Below are positions 35,539 through 48,839 of a DNA stretch of 64,000 bases, piece by piece. Both the position numbers and the translations under genes were made by a program. The notes beneath the pieces were generated by a model, which was not told the origin of the DNA, made no database searches, and worked only from the letters and a program-made list of their open reading frames with translations. This DNA comes from Lama guanicoe (Eukaryota), in the NCBI GenBank assembly GCA_013239625.1, contig MU053934.1, forward strand, positions 1,729,031 to 1,793,030. Direction: 5' to 3'. How positions within the stretch are numbered: position 1 is the stretch's first letter; each line of letters starts with the position of its first letter.

Positions 35539-38019
35539 GACCTCTTATTGTTTTAAGGATTTTAGGCTGAACCTAGAATTTCAAGAGTGTGTCTGTGTGC
35601 TAAGTCCAAGTGGCTTCCTGTCCTTGGGGACAGGGGACTCAGAGCAGTCATCCCAAAGAATGGCCCTTTTCCCCAGCCCCTCAAGCCCAGGATCCCTAAC
35701 CAGCTTCTAAATCACCTCCTCTACCTCTGCCTTTCCCTCTCTGACCCCATCAATGTCCTCCCACACACTAGGCTCACTGAAGTTGGTCCCTTGCGCCTTC
35801 TTCTCAAACATGCCAAGCAGGTTACAGCCTCGGGGCTTTGCACTTGCCGTGCTCTCTTCCTGGAATGTCCTAGATGTCCCTGTGGCCCCCACCCAACTCC
35901 CTTCAGGGTCCTGCTCAAACGTCTCCCCACAGAAGAGGCCTTCTCTGACCCTCTATCTGTCGAGCACCCCGGACACCCCACATCTCCTTCCTCTGCCTTG
36001 TTTCTTTTCACAACACTCATCACTACCTGCCAAATGCAGTCCGTTCTCCTCAGAACATCAGCTTCTTCATGTGTGGTCTCGTCCATGGCTGTACTCCCAG
36101 CACCTAGAACCCATCACATAGTAGGTGCTTGAAAGATACTTGTTGGAGGAGTAAGTGACTGGATGAACATGCAGAGCAGAAGGAGGGAAGGCTCCTGCAC
36201 CTCTACCCTCCCAGCCCCCAGTCTTGCCCAGCAGACCCCTGGCCTTCAGGCTTTGAGATACCATCCCCTTTGCCCACCGGGTGGTAAAGCTGGTGCGGTT
36301 CTTGGCACCCCCATTGAACTAAGGGGAGACTGAGGCCTGGACTGGAGAAGGGGTCTCCTCCCTCAGCCTCATGACATCACAGGGCAAGTGGTCCTGAGCA
36401 GTTTTCCTGATGTCATGAACCTGGAGCATCTTCACTTGCACAGGTCACCCCAGCCCAAGGTGCCTGGACTTCCCACCACTGCCTCCACTAAGCTATGACA
36501 CGATGCCAAAGAATGGAGCGTCCTGTCTCAGACCAGGAGACCCATCCACCTCCAGAGGGGAACAGGGCTGGGGAGGGACTGATAGCGTTCAGAGTCTGCT
36601 AGGGGTGGGGTGTTTTCCATACATGTTCCTTCTCCGGTCACCAGCTCCACAATGCAGTGGGGCAGGGGCAGCTGTCCCCATTGTAGGATTGAACAAAGTG
36701 AGGCCAGAAAGAGCGAAAAAGCATGCCCGGGTCACAGCAAGCCAGGATGTGGCATGGCAAAGCACATCTCTGTCTGTAAGAAGTTAGAGTCTATTAGGAA
36801 ATTGATACAATATTGTAAACTGACTATACGCCAACAAAAAGAATGGGGGAAAAAAAGAAGTTAGAGTCTGTTAGAAGCCATCTGGGGCTAGGGCGGCAGC
36901 CCTCGGATTCCCTGCCCCAGAGGGAAAGCAGCCAGTCAGCAGGGAGCTCATCCCCTCCTCCCGCCCCCTCCACCTGCCAGTGTCACATGCACGGGGGCGC
37001 CTCCCCGGGGAGGCCGTGCAGGGAGCCGCACCTTGTGGGTGGCTGGGGGCGGGGGGAGGGGATGTGCACTTGCTCAGGTGCACACACGTGCTCTCTTGCT
37101 CTCCTGCTCTTTCTCTGAAGTTTCTCTGAAGGAAGTTCAGCCTGCTGGGTCAGCACGCTGCAGACTGGGGGCTCACAGGGAGAACCCTCTAGTGTCAGAA
37201 ATGGCAGGCAACCTTGGAGACCAGCCAGGGCTACCCCCCTCCCTTGTCAATCAAATCTAGAGCCTCATATGTTAGAACTGGGGCAGGCGTGGTATGAGAT
37301 TGAGTCCTTCCGAGGACATACACTGAAGATATCCGTTAAATGCAAGGGCTCCAGTGTCAGACCACATGGATTAGAATCTGGGCTCTTTCCCAGCTGGTTG
37401 ATCACAGACAAGTCCCTTGACCTCTCTGAGCCTCCATTTCCTTATCTATTTTAAGAGAGTGTTTACTGAGCTCTTGCTTAGTGACCGGCATGGTTTTGAG
37501 CTCTATACCTGTATTTACTCCTCCAAGCAACCCTATGGAGCAAATACTTTTGTCATCTGATTTAGATTTGAAGAAATGGGGGTACAGAGAGGTTAGGTAA
37601 CTTGCCCAAGGTCACACAGCTGGGAAGGCAATGGAGCCAGGATTTGATCCCAGACAGGGAGGCTCCAGAGTCCTTGAGTTTGATCCCTGTTTGATCAACT
37701 GTCTTCTGAGGATTAGAGATCATATGTAATAAGTGCCCAGCATGGTACTGGCTCAGATCAGCAATCAACACATGATTCTTATTATCATTTACAACAATGC
37801 CATGGACCTCTTGAGAGTCTGATGAAAGACACGGACCTTCTTGGTAGAAGATTGCACACGTACATACAAAATATTGCCTACGATTTTAGGGGGCTCCTGC
37901 TTCTGAAGTCTTCCCACAAGCCCTCCTTGGGAACCTGTGCTCAAGTTCAACTCCAATTGGGTGTTGAATATGTTCAGATCATATAATTTCATCTGATTAC
38001 TTTTTTCAAAACAAACAAC

Positions 38020-38757
38020 TTTTTTATTGAAGTATGGTGGACTTACAATGTTGTGTTATTTTCAGGTGTACAGTACAGAGATTCAGTTATATATATATAT
38101 TATATATATATTCTTTTTCAGGTTCTTTTCCATTATAGGTTATTACTAGATATCGAATATAGTTCCCTATGCTAAACAGTAGGTCCTTGTTGTTTATCTA
38201 TTTTATATATAGTAGTTTGTATCTTCTAATCCCAAACTCCTACTTTATCCCCCCTTCCCTTTCCCCTTTTGTAATCATGTTTGTTTTCTATGTCTGTGAG
38301 TCTATTTCTGGTTTATAAATAAGTTCAATTGCATCACTTTTTTAGATTCCACATATAAGTGATATCATATGATATTTGTTTTTCTCTGTCTGGTTTACTT
38401 CTCTTAGTGTGATACTCTCCAGGTCTATCCATGTTGCTGCAAATGGCATTATTTTATTCTTTTTTATGGCTGAGTAGTATTCCATTGTATATGCTCATCT
38501 TCTTTAATCTAATCATCTGTCAGTGTACATTTAGGTCGCTTACATGTCTTGGTTATAGCAAACAGTGCTGCTATGAACATTGGGGTGCATGTGTCTTAAA
38601 GTTAGAGTTTTCTCCTGATATTTTCTCTTGGGCATATCAGTGAAGGCTATTTGGATTGCTGGATCATATGATAACTCTATTTTCAGTCTTTTAAGGAATC
38701 ACCATACTGTTCTTTATAGTAGCTGCACCAATTTACATCCCCACCAACAGTGCAGGG
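38020..38757 (-). mobile_element. 5'-truncated L1 (same family as 34925)
   Basis: TTTTTTATTGAAGTATGGTGGACTTACAATGTTGTG ... CATGTTGCTGCAAATGGCATT ... TTACATCCCCACCAACAGTG. Confidence 0.9.
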
Positions 38758-39679
38758 TCACGCGCTCATTTGAGGTGGGTATTACTAGTCCACTGGGTGG
38801 ATGAGAAAACTGAGGGAAATGCCGAGGTCTCAGAGCAAGCTGGTGGCAGACAAGACTCTCCTCTTCTCGAGGGGCTGTCCCCTTCTCCCTGGCTATGTGC
38901 TGCCTGAGGCTGAAGCCAAAGTGAAAGCTGGGGTCCCCAGGGCAAGTCCTGATGTGGTGCACATTCAGTGAAGGCTATTTGGTGAATGAGTGAAATGGGA
39001 ACACAAGTGGGTCACATAGGGCCAAACCATGTCCAAGGCCAGGGACTCAGAGATCCCCAGATCCAGCTCTTTTCCTGAGCCTTTGGGGGCTTGTCATGAG
39101 GAGAAGGAAACAAAGGAAGAAATGAAGGCAGAGCCAGAGGAATCTTGGAATGTCACAAGCCACTCCCACAACCCCCTTGAGTACAGGCAAGAAAACAGAG
39201 GCCCTGAGCCAAGCCTGACTTATACAGTCACACGCCGGGGTGGAGGCAGCCGAGACTGGCCATCAGGCTCTCGACACCCAGGCCAGGGTTCAGGCAGCGG
39301 TGGTTGGAAGAAAGGAGCACTGAACTTGGAGTCAAAACACTTGGGTCCAAATCCTGTCTTCCGCTAGTGCTGTGATCTGAGGCAAACAGCATGGTCACAG
39401 CGGCAAAATCATGGTAGTATCCACCGTGTGAAGCTGCTATTAGAATTAAGCAATTTGACAGGTGTCTAGCTGAAGTTGTCCCTCATGTCCCCCTCATTTG
39501 TCGAATGAGGGTAAGTTGTAAGGATTAAGTGAGAACGTAGGTAGAGTGCCTGGCATGAAACGGTGCTCAGAAAATGAGAACTATTCATATAGATGCCACT
39601 GTTACAACCCTGAGCACTCAGGACATGCCTCTGAATCTTGCATGAATGGGTGGAGGGACCAATTGACAGGCTGACAAGT

Positions 39680-39980
39680 AGAGCAGTAGGAAATGGGGTG
39701 GGGAGATGGATGGATGGGAAGGTGGGTGAATGGGTGGACTGGTGGGGAAGCTGGTAAGAATGGATGGATAGGTGGATGGATGGATGGATGGGTTAGATGC
39801 AAGAGATGATGGACCAATAGCAATCAGACAGAGACTGGTGGCTGTTCAGACCAGTGGATGGATGGATGAGTGGATATGTGGGTAGGGTAATTGGTTAGAT
39901 GAGTGCAAAGATGAATGCATGGACCAATGGGCAGGAAGATAGAGAGCTGGATGGATGGAAGACCAGACAGGGGATAGATG
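39680..39980. repeat. Degenerate (TGGA)n tract
   Basis: Repeated GGATGGATGG units with variants. Confidence 0.8.
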
Positions 39981-42422
39981 GTAGATTTCCTTCCCCTTGA
40001 ACTGAAGCTGAGGGGCTAGTGGTGGCAGCCACAGAACCACCACAGATATCCTCAGGATGGGGAAGAGAGAGCAGTCAGGAGCTTCCTGCTCCAAAGGAGG
40101 ACTCTGGAAGAGGGCTGCCAGCCATTGCTTACTGTGTCCCTATGTCTGTATTTGGAATAGAAACCCTGCAGAGCAAGATGACTAGGAGGAGGGCAGACCC
40201 AGGGGCTGGACCCTCCCGCACACACATTCCTGGGTACAGGCAGGTGGGAGGGCTACCCTAGGAGGGCACAGCCTCTGCCAGCCACGGTGCAGCACCACAG
40301 CCTAGAAGGGACACTTAGCTGGAGAGGTCTTTGGCAAAGGCCAACCCAGAGTGTGCCCCTGGAGACTCCTTGGATCTGGGCCAGAGGAACAAAATGTCCC
40401 GTTCACTGAGGGCTGTGCTGCAGGGGGGTGGGGTGGGGTGGGGGCGGGGAGCTGCCCAGCAAGGGAGGAACCTTGGGTTTTATTGTTAACAGCCACCGAT
40501 GCACGTAGTGGCTTCAGACAAGCCTCCTCCCAGCTCTAGCTTCCTTTCCTCACCTGTAACTGGAGCCAAATCGCCTCCCAGGTCCCTTTTAGGGCTGACA
40601 GCTGACAACTGAAGATCTGATTCTTGGGTTTCCAAGAGCATCACAGGGAGGTGGCAGGACCATGGGCAGGGTCCTAGGTGAAGGCATGGTTAGTTAGTGG
40701 CCATTGCACGCTTCGGAGAGTGACCCAGGGTCTAAGGGCCTGTTTCAGTCCATGGGGGTTCAGTTGACATGACAACCAAGACACCCTGCGAGGGCTCCCA
40801 TTTCACTTGAGCAAAGGTCCAAGTCCACCAATGCCACTGCGGTCCGTGGCTCCATCCTACCCTGACCACCTCCAGTTTTTCCTGCAGTTTCTGCACACCA
40901 CTCGCCGTACTAGCTTTTCTGGTGTTGCTTGAACCTGCCAGGTAGCCCCACTTGCTCTGCCTGGAGCCTCGTGGTCACCCCCTCATGTCTCGTGGGACCA
41001 TTTGCACCACACCCTTGCCCCATCCTGGCAGCCCTCTCCCCAGGGAACATGTTATTTTCTCACATGCTCTCCCAGGTACTCATTCTGCTTCTTGGCTCTC
41101 TTCCCTGGGACCAGACTGTCACTCCAGGGCAGGGGCTGTGTGTTGGGTTCCCGGCATACTGCATTTGGTGATATTATTTGCAGTTATCCAGGAACTGGCG
41201 TGTGATCGCACTGAGGGCAGACGATAGCGCCAGGAACAGGACACACCACTTACCCTGCCCGGCGCCTGCCTGAGATAGACTCGGTCATTATCTCCTAGTT
41301 TACAGAGGAGCACGGAGGCTCAGAGAGGACAGAGTTGGCACCAGGTCCCACAGCTAGGCTGGGACAAGAACATGTCAGAGTCCAGCCCAGCATCATCCTG
41401 TGAGAGCTCATGGAGTAGTGGAGACCCAGTATGGCCTTCATGGGACCTTGACCTTGGGGAAGTCCTTTCCTCTCTGAGCCTCAGTTTCTCCATCTGTAAA
41501 ACGGGGCAGTAGCGCCTTGTTTTTTATAGGGCTGTTGTTAAGACTGAGAAGGCTAGTGGGTGTGAATGCTTTATGTGCAGAACTGTGCCTGTGTTGCTGG
41601 GTGATATGATGCCCCCACATGCCTGGGCAGTGGGACCCGGTGGTCCCCAGAAAAGCCCAGGGCCCCAGGCTTGGTTTAGGATCCAGGGTGATACTGGCTC
41701 AGAATCAGGGATCAAGTTCCTCCTTTCTAGGCTGCTCGCTGTTCCAGCTCCACCAGACACTGCCTCCAGCGACTTCTCACAGCTGTGGGGACAGGGCTGG
41801 CCGGGCGGGGCGAGGCGGGAGGGGACAGGAAGACCTCAGAGCTTTCCCAGGCTGAAGGCCACCAAGGAGCTGCTCTCGAATTCCTCGGCCACAGCTGGGC
41901 TGCGCCGGACGTGGCTTTCCCAGACCCCGCTGGCCCCTGTCAGCCAGGATAAACAGGCCCCCACCCTCACCCCCCACCGCACTCCGGAGGGGAAGGGAGA
42001 CCCTATAAAGAGGAGACTCCCTGGAGGTTCGGGGCCTGCACACACTCTGTCAACTTGGGGCTCTGGTTGCCACTGTCTGGGGCAATTCTGGGCCTCAGTT
42101 TCCTCACCTGGAAAAATGGGTTTGGATCAGACAGTTTTGCCCAGGCTGCCCAGTGCTCGAGTCCAGAACGGAGCAAGCAGCCCCAGGACCTGCCCAGGAG
42201 ACCCTCCTCCCTCCCCACTCCCCTCTGTGAGAAGGGGGCCAGTCTGGCCACAGGCTCCACATGTGTAAATGTGCCAGCCGAGCAGGACCACCTTGGAAGC
42301 CGTTTCCCCCTCTGCTACTCTGTTACAGCTGGAAAAGGGAAGAGGGTTAGGGCTGGGAAGGAAAGAGCACAGTGAGCTCCAGCTGCATGCCAGGTGCTTT
42401 GGGGACTTTATCTCATCTGTCT

Positions 42423-42898
42423 GTGTATCAGTTTCCTCTTGCTGCTGTAACAAGTTACCACAAACCTGGAACCACACACTTGAAAACAAGACACATCAAT
42501 TCCCTTACGGTTCTGGAGGTCGGAAGTCCAAAATCAGTCTCACTGGGCAGAAGGTGTCAACAGGGCTGGTTCCTCCTGGAGTCTCTAAGGGAGACTCTTC
42601 TTCCTTGCCTTTTCTAGAATGGATGCTGTCTTCATTCCTGCATCACGTGGCCGTTCCCCTCTCTGCTTCTGCTGTCCCGTCTCCTTCCTCCCACTCTGGC
42701 ACTCCTGCCTCCCTCTCAGAAAGATTCTTGCAATCACATCGGGCCCCCCGGATAGTCCAGGAGGATAACATCCCCATCTCAAGATCCTTAATTTAATGAC
42801 TTCTGCGAAGTTCCCTTTGCCAAGTAAGGTGACGGTCACAGGTCTTTTGGGGATTAAGATGTAGGTATCTTTGGAGGGCCATTATTTAGCTTCCTACA
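42423..42898 (-). mobile_element. MaLR LTR (MLT1C/D-like)
   Basis: TGTATCAGTTTCC..GCTGCTGTAACAAGTTACCACAAAC, GTTCTGGAGGTCGGAAGTCC, CCCATCTCAAGATCCTTAA, ends GGGCCATTATTTAGCTTCCTACA. Confidence 0.8.
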
Positions 42899-43886
42899 CC
42901 TGTCACCATACCTCATCGTAGGGCTCTGTATCAAATCCCAGCTTCTGCCACTTTGTAGCTGTGTGACCTTGGGCAAGGACCCAACTTCTCCAGCCCTGTT
43001 TTCTCGCTTGTAAAATAAAGACAATGGCAGAGGATTGTTAGGAATAATGCAAGGAAAGCTCATAACACAGCCTTACTAGTAGTGTTGAGTGAATGTACAC
43101 AGTAACCACAACAATAATGATAATGATGGTAATATTAATCACAGCTCTCATTTGTTAAGGACTGTAGGTGAACTGAATAGACATGATCCTGGTCTTCGTG
43201 GAACTTACAATAGAGCCAAGAAGACAGACTTAGGAAAAATAATCACAAATAATTAGGTAGTTACCAGAGAGGCCCGGAGAGGCCCCAGGTCACACAGCTG
43301 GGGAGAGGATAAGTGGAAGGGATTCACCCCCAAGTCTGTCAGATTCCCAAGCCCTTATTTTTCCATGACATTCCCAGTCTCTCAAGGCTGCTTGAGACCA
43401 ACAGAGGACCAGAGAGGGGAAGGGACTTATCAAATGCAGACTCAGATCTCCTGGCATCTTGCCCAAGGTTCTCCCCCGGGGGAGATTCTAAGACTTAAAG
43501 TACTAACAACTAGAGACAGACAGCGGGCTGGGCCAGGAGGCAGGATGGATGGTTTACGTGCCGGATCTCATTCAGTCTCCGTGATGTCCCAGGAGAAGAG
43601 ATCTGCTATCCTGCTTCCAGATGAAGGACCTGAAGTCTCAGGTTAGATGGCACACCCAGGATCACCTTGCAAGCTAGTTGCCAAACAGACCCCACAACAC
43701 TCACTAGCAGGAGGGCCTGGCGTGGAACCTCCAAGTTCATGTTTGCCTGACCCTTAAACAAGTCACTAACCCTAGCACACCCTGCCTTCTCCAGCTGGCC
43801 AGTCTGCAGTGGGAGGATGTGGTCCTGTGGTCTCAGACCCAGGGTGGAATTCTTGAACACAGTCTTCAAGGAGACAAGTGACCTTC

Positions 43887-43905
43887 TGGCGCCACCTAGT
43901 GGCCC
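43887..43905 (-). promoter_or_regulatory. CTCF core motif
   Basis: The minus strand reads GGGCCACTAGGTGGCGCCA, matching the CTCF core CCACYAGRKGGCRS at every position. Confidence 0.75.
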
Positions 43906-46270
43906 TAGGAAGCTAAGCCACATTCCCTTGGGAGCCTCAGGGACCTGTAGAGGCTGGGAAGAGATGTCAACAGAATTTCCTCATCCTCCATCCAGCTGGA
44001 TCCTTTAGCAAATTGACAAAGCTGAGTTAAAAGTGATCAGAATGACCTGCTCATCTTGCAGCTGAGAAAACGGAGTCTCTGACAGGGAAACCAGCCACAG
44101 GCTGAACCAGGTGCCTGGAGGCAGGGCTTGCCCTGCACCTGCCCAGCCTCTGGGAGACCAGAGTGAATTAACTCTCTGTGGTGCCCCTATGCAGAGGTCC
44201 AGAGTGGGGCTCCCACCAAAAGCCAGAGGCCAGGTTGGGACTCCAGGCAACCTGTCCCCCTGCCCTGCTCCATGCAGACCCAGGGGATCCAGGCCTATTA
44301 TTTATGGGTACAAGGGAGGACGTATGTGCATCTCTGGATTTGGCCTCGCAAGGCGGGCAGCCCAAGGTCAGGAGGAGGTGTTGCTGGTAAGAGCTGATTG
44401 TGGGCTGATTCCCGAGGTTGGGAGACGGTGGTCTGGAAAGACAAATAGACTGTCTTGGCTGAAGTGATAACCGAGGCTCCTCCCATGGAGACGTCTCATG
44501 ATTCTTAGGGACACACATGGCTGGAGAAATCACATGATTCTTAGAGAAATGTCGTCTTTGCCGTCGAGGAGCTTGTCTCTCCTTCATTCCTCCGCAACCG
44601 CTGACCACCTACTCTGTGTCTGCCCCATGAGGAGTGCTGGGGACCCACAGAATAAGCAGACTGGGCTCTTGCCCTGCAGGGTCCCAGAGCCCAGTTGGGA
44701 AGACAAATAGATAATAGAACATGAGAAGCGGGCAGGATGAATCAGTGAGGCCCTGGGGGGTGGGGTGGGGCGTGGCTTCTGCAGACAGACAGATCTAGCT
44801 GATGATCCTAACGAAAATAGTGACTAGCATTTATTGAGTACCTACTCTGTGCCAGGCCCTGAGGTAAGCCCTCCCCTTATTAGTTAATTTCATGAAATCC
44901 TGACTATCTCTTACTGGCTGTGTGACTTTGGGCAAATTACTTAACCTCTCTGATCAGAGGCTCATCCACAGAATAGGAGCCATCATATTGACCTTGCTAG
45001 ATTCTTGTGGGGTTTAAATGAGATGGTGAGTGAGTGAGTGTGTGTGTTTGTGTGGTGCCCGGAATACAACAGGTATCCCATCCATGGTAGCCATCATCAA
45101 AATAAATGCCATAATGCAGGGATGCTGAAGAGGCCTCACAACCTCATGGTGATACTAAGGGGGGCCCTGCCTTCTCCTCCTCCTACTTCTCCTCCTTGAC
45201 TTCCCCATCCCCTCTGGAGCTCCCTTGCTCCCCTTCATTCCCACACCCACTCCCCGGGCCAGGCCTCACCATCTCCTGCCTGGACCCGCATTTCCACCGA
45301 TCTCACTGCTCACCCCTCCTCCCTGCAGCCAGAGGGAGCTTCTGGAACACAAATCTGTCTGCCCCTGTCTCTCTCCTGCTAGTTGATTGCTATCCCTTAA
45401 TTTACATGTGAGGTTCAAAGCCCGTCCTCCCTCCCAACACTGGCCTGTTTCCCGCATCTGCTTTTTGGAGTCCACAGTGACCCAGAGTTTCAGCTGCCCC
45501 AAACTACACGGAGTTTCCAGCGCTCCCTAACAGATCCTGCGGGCTCCCTCCGGGCCGTGTCCTCTGCCTACAGTGTGCTCCCCTCTGCTCTCTGTCCCCA
45601 CCTGACCTTTCCAGACTCACCTGCCTCTCCAGGGGGAGCCCTTCCATGCACCCCCTCTTCTAATTTCAGAGACATCACTCCTCCCTTCCCCACCAGCTTT
45701 GCTGCTTACCCCCAGGCCGCAGGGAGTTCCTGGCTTGGCATATTGGTCCGTCTCCGTTGCTAGACAATCCATTAAACGACTCTGAAATGATCAGCTTAGA
45801 AGTACCTCCATCAACACCGGGCACCGTGGTTTCAACCGTGGCCAGTCCTCCGTCACCCAGCACACCACTGTGGAACCACAGTCACGACACTCAGGTTCCT
45901 GAGCTCTTACTCAGTGCCAGGCCCTCTGGGTTAAGGGCTTCACTCCCAGTAATGCCCCACTGGAGGCAGGAACTGTTACTGTCCTCTTTACAGATATGGA
46001 CACTGAGGCCAAGGAGGGAAGTGAATGAGCGTCAGGGCTGAGCTGCCAACACTGCCCTGTCTCGTGGCACACAGGCGCTGTTCCCTCTGCCTGGGACACC
46101 TTCCCCTGCCCTTCCCCGCATGCTGGCTCACCCTCAGGCCTCAATCCATCCTCCTGGAGAGGCCTGCCCTCTGCTCTGTTACATGCCACCAGGCCACCCT
46201 GTTTGTTTTCATCATAGAATGTGTCTCAGGGTGCTTCTTTTTGGATTTATTGCGTTGTTTTCTGCACTCA

Positions 46271-46271
<1 letters not shown>

Positions 46272-46301
<30 letters not shown>
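46272..46301. repeat. (CA)n microsatellite
   Basis: About 15 perfect CA units. Confidence 0.95.
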
Positions 46302-46303
<2 letters not shown>

Positions 46304-46324
46304 CCCAACTGTGAGAGCAAGAGG

Positions 46325-47068
46325 TGTGACTTTGCTAACGGTTTCATCCCTTAAGCCTCTGAGATGGTTCCCCAGAGACCATCGCCTACCGGTATTCACG
46401 CCTTTGGTCCATCCCCTCCCACGCTGAGCAGGGCAGACCTGTGTCACCAATACCGTACGGTGTAAGTGACAGAGGACAACAGCCGAGGCCAGGTCATAAA
46501 AGACATCTCAGCTTCCGCCTTGCTCTCTCGGATCACTCACCCCAGGGGAGGCCAGCTGCTGTGTTGTGAGGATAGACACTTAAGTGGCCCTTTGGAGAGA
46601 CCCACGTGGTGGGGAGCTGAAGCCTCCCGCCCAACAGCCAGCATGAACTCGCCCACCGCCTTGGGGAGTTACCTTGGAAATGGATCCTCTGGCCCCAGGC
46701 CAGCCCTCAGGTGACAGTGCCCCGACCAATATCTTGACCACTGTCTCCCGAGAGACCAGAGCCCGGACAACCCAGCCGAGCTGCTCCCACATTTCTGACC
46801 CACAGAAACTGTATGAGATAATAAATGCTTTTTTTTTCTCTATTTTAAAAAATACGTTACTAAATTCACATTTTTCTGGGGGGAAGGTAATTAGGTCTCT
46901 TTATTTATTTTATTCTTAGAGGAGGTACTGGGGATTGAACCCAGGACCTCATGCATGCTAAGTGTGCGCTCTACTGCTTACACTATACCTACCCCCCGAT
47001 TGACGCTGACTATTTTAGGGCACTGAGTTTTGAAGTGCTTTGTTATGAAGCAACAGACAAATCCAACA
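46325..47068 (+). mobile_element. MaLR LTR (MLT1 family) split by a SINE
   Basis: GGAGAGACCCACGTGG, CAACAGCCAGCATGAAC, CTGACCCACAGAAACTGTATGAGATAATAAATGCTT; resumes after the SINE with TATTTTAGGGCACTGAGTTTTGAAGTGCTTTGTTATG. Confidence 0.75.
46828..46998 (-). mobile_element. tRNA-Ala-derived SINE (Vic-1-like, longer-tailed variant)
   Basis: GGAGGTACTGGGGATTGAACCCAGGACCTCATGCATGCTAAG..., with an extra GGGGGAAGGTAATTAGG segment between the body and the poly-T. Confidence 0.85.
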
Positions 47069-48540
47069 CTTATGCGATACCAGTTGTGTAAATAGGTGGA
47101 GAGTGGATTGCGGATGATAACGCTCCCCCTCACCGAGCCCTTTCTCTGTGCCAGACACTGTGCTAAGTACTCTACCGGTATTGATGCATAGAAAATCGTC
47201 ACAGCAACCTGATGAGATGACCATTTTATGATGAAGAACCAGGTCCAGCGAGGGTAGGTCATTCACCCAACATCGCACCAGCAGAGCTCAGACTTCCTCC
47301 CTAGTAGCTGGGAGGAGGTGAGGGTGGGGACCACAGGATTCGCTGCTGCACCAGGCTGCCTGGGTGGCTCCTGTCCCATCCCAGTTTCCCTTGCCAGCTC
47401 ACTGGGTCCCTCCTGCAGGCCGTGTGTGGTCCTGCAGAGGTTGACCCTGGAGCTGAGTGGACAAGGGCAGCAGGACTCCTGGCCCAGAGCCGGCTCCCCC
47501 TGTCCGGCTGCTGGGAGCACTGCCCTGGCCCCTACGCAGGGATAACAGTTGGACAAGACAGGACGAGGAGGACAACTTCTGATGAGTCATCCCCGGTGGA
47601 ACCAAGTCACTGTGGGGGTGGTGTGGGGGTCAGAGAGCTCAGGTTCCGGCCAACTTGTCATCATCCTGCTCCTTAGCAAATCCGCTAGGGTTACACCTCC
47701 CAGGGTGCTGGCTGGGCACACAGGGACCTCGGAGGCTCCATTCTCTGGATCCTAAACAATATGGCAGGGCCAGAGCAAAAAATAACAATGGGAAACCACC
47801 AGCTACTCTTGCCCTCTAAGGAAAGGAGGCTAAAAGGGGAACACAGAGTGCTCATGCCCACAGTTCATAAGAAGGGAACGGGGCTGTGCAGAGTTGGCCC
47901 TTTGTGAGAGGAGTGAGGTACAAGGGGCCTGGGCAATCTGGGTCCAGATCAAGTTCTACCCATCACTCTCACTGTGTGACCCAAGGCAAGTTGCTTAACT
48001 TCTCTGTGCCTCTGAAAAGTTTATCTGAAAAAATTGGGATAAGAAGAGCACTTGATCCCCAAAGATGAATGGACGTGGCATGAGAATAAGGCCTGTGGGC
48101 ACCAGGGCCTTCAGCTTACCCCAGAGGTCTTGCCAATGACCTTAGAAGATGGGCACTGTGCCTGCTGTTTACAGATGCAGGAACTGAGGTTAAGACTCTC
48201 TCAGGGGCCACGCAGAGGCAGAAACAGTCAGGACTTAGACCTGAACAATGTCCTTGCCTCTCTGTGTTCTGTGCCCCTATTTATTTTTGGGTCTTCAGTG
48301 CCTGCCAGTGAGTGTGACACCTGTTAGGTGCAGTTACTGTTGACAAGCAAATGAATAGAACGGGTCAGGGAGAGGTAGTAAGCTCCCTGTCGCTCCAGAG
48401 GTATGCAAGGAGTCTGGGCATGGTAGATGTCCTCAAGCATTGGATTTGGGATTGTACTCAGTGCCATTTAAGGCCCTTCCCTGTCCCTAGATCCTAAGGT
48501 TCATCACAGTCCTCCCCCAGAAGACAAAGGACACAGGGAT

Positions 48541-48839
48541 TTTTTTTTTATTTGAAGTATAGTTGATTTACAATGTTGTGTTAGCTTCTGGTGTACAGCA
48601 TAGTGATTCAGTTCTCCATATGTCTATATACATATTATTTTTCACGTTTTTTTCATTATAGGTTATTACAAAATATTGAAGAGTTCCCTGTGCTATGCAT
48701 TAGGATCTTGTTGTTTGTCTATTTTATATATAGTAGTTTGTATCTGCTAATCCCAAATTCCTAATTTATCCCTCCCCCGCCCCCCAATTTGATAACCTTA
48801 AGTTTGTTTTCTATGTCTGTGAATTTCTTTCTATTGCAT
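48541..48839 (-). mobile_element. Short L1 3' fragment
   Basis: Poly-T, TGAAGTATAGTTGATTTACAATGTTGTG...; AGGGATT on both flanks (48535-48541 and 48840-48846). Confidence 0.85.

Noticed and set aside
41573..42268. 231-aa ORF, the longest in the intergenic region
   Set aside because: Starts in a MIR remnant and crosses another, with no domain or codon-bias signal; no supporting exon structure identified
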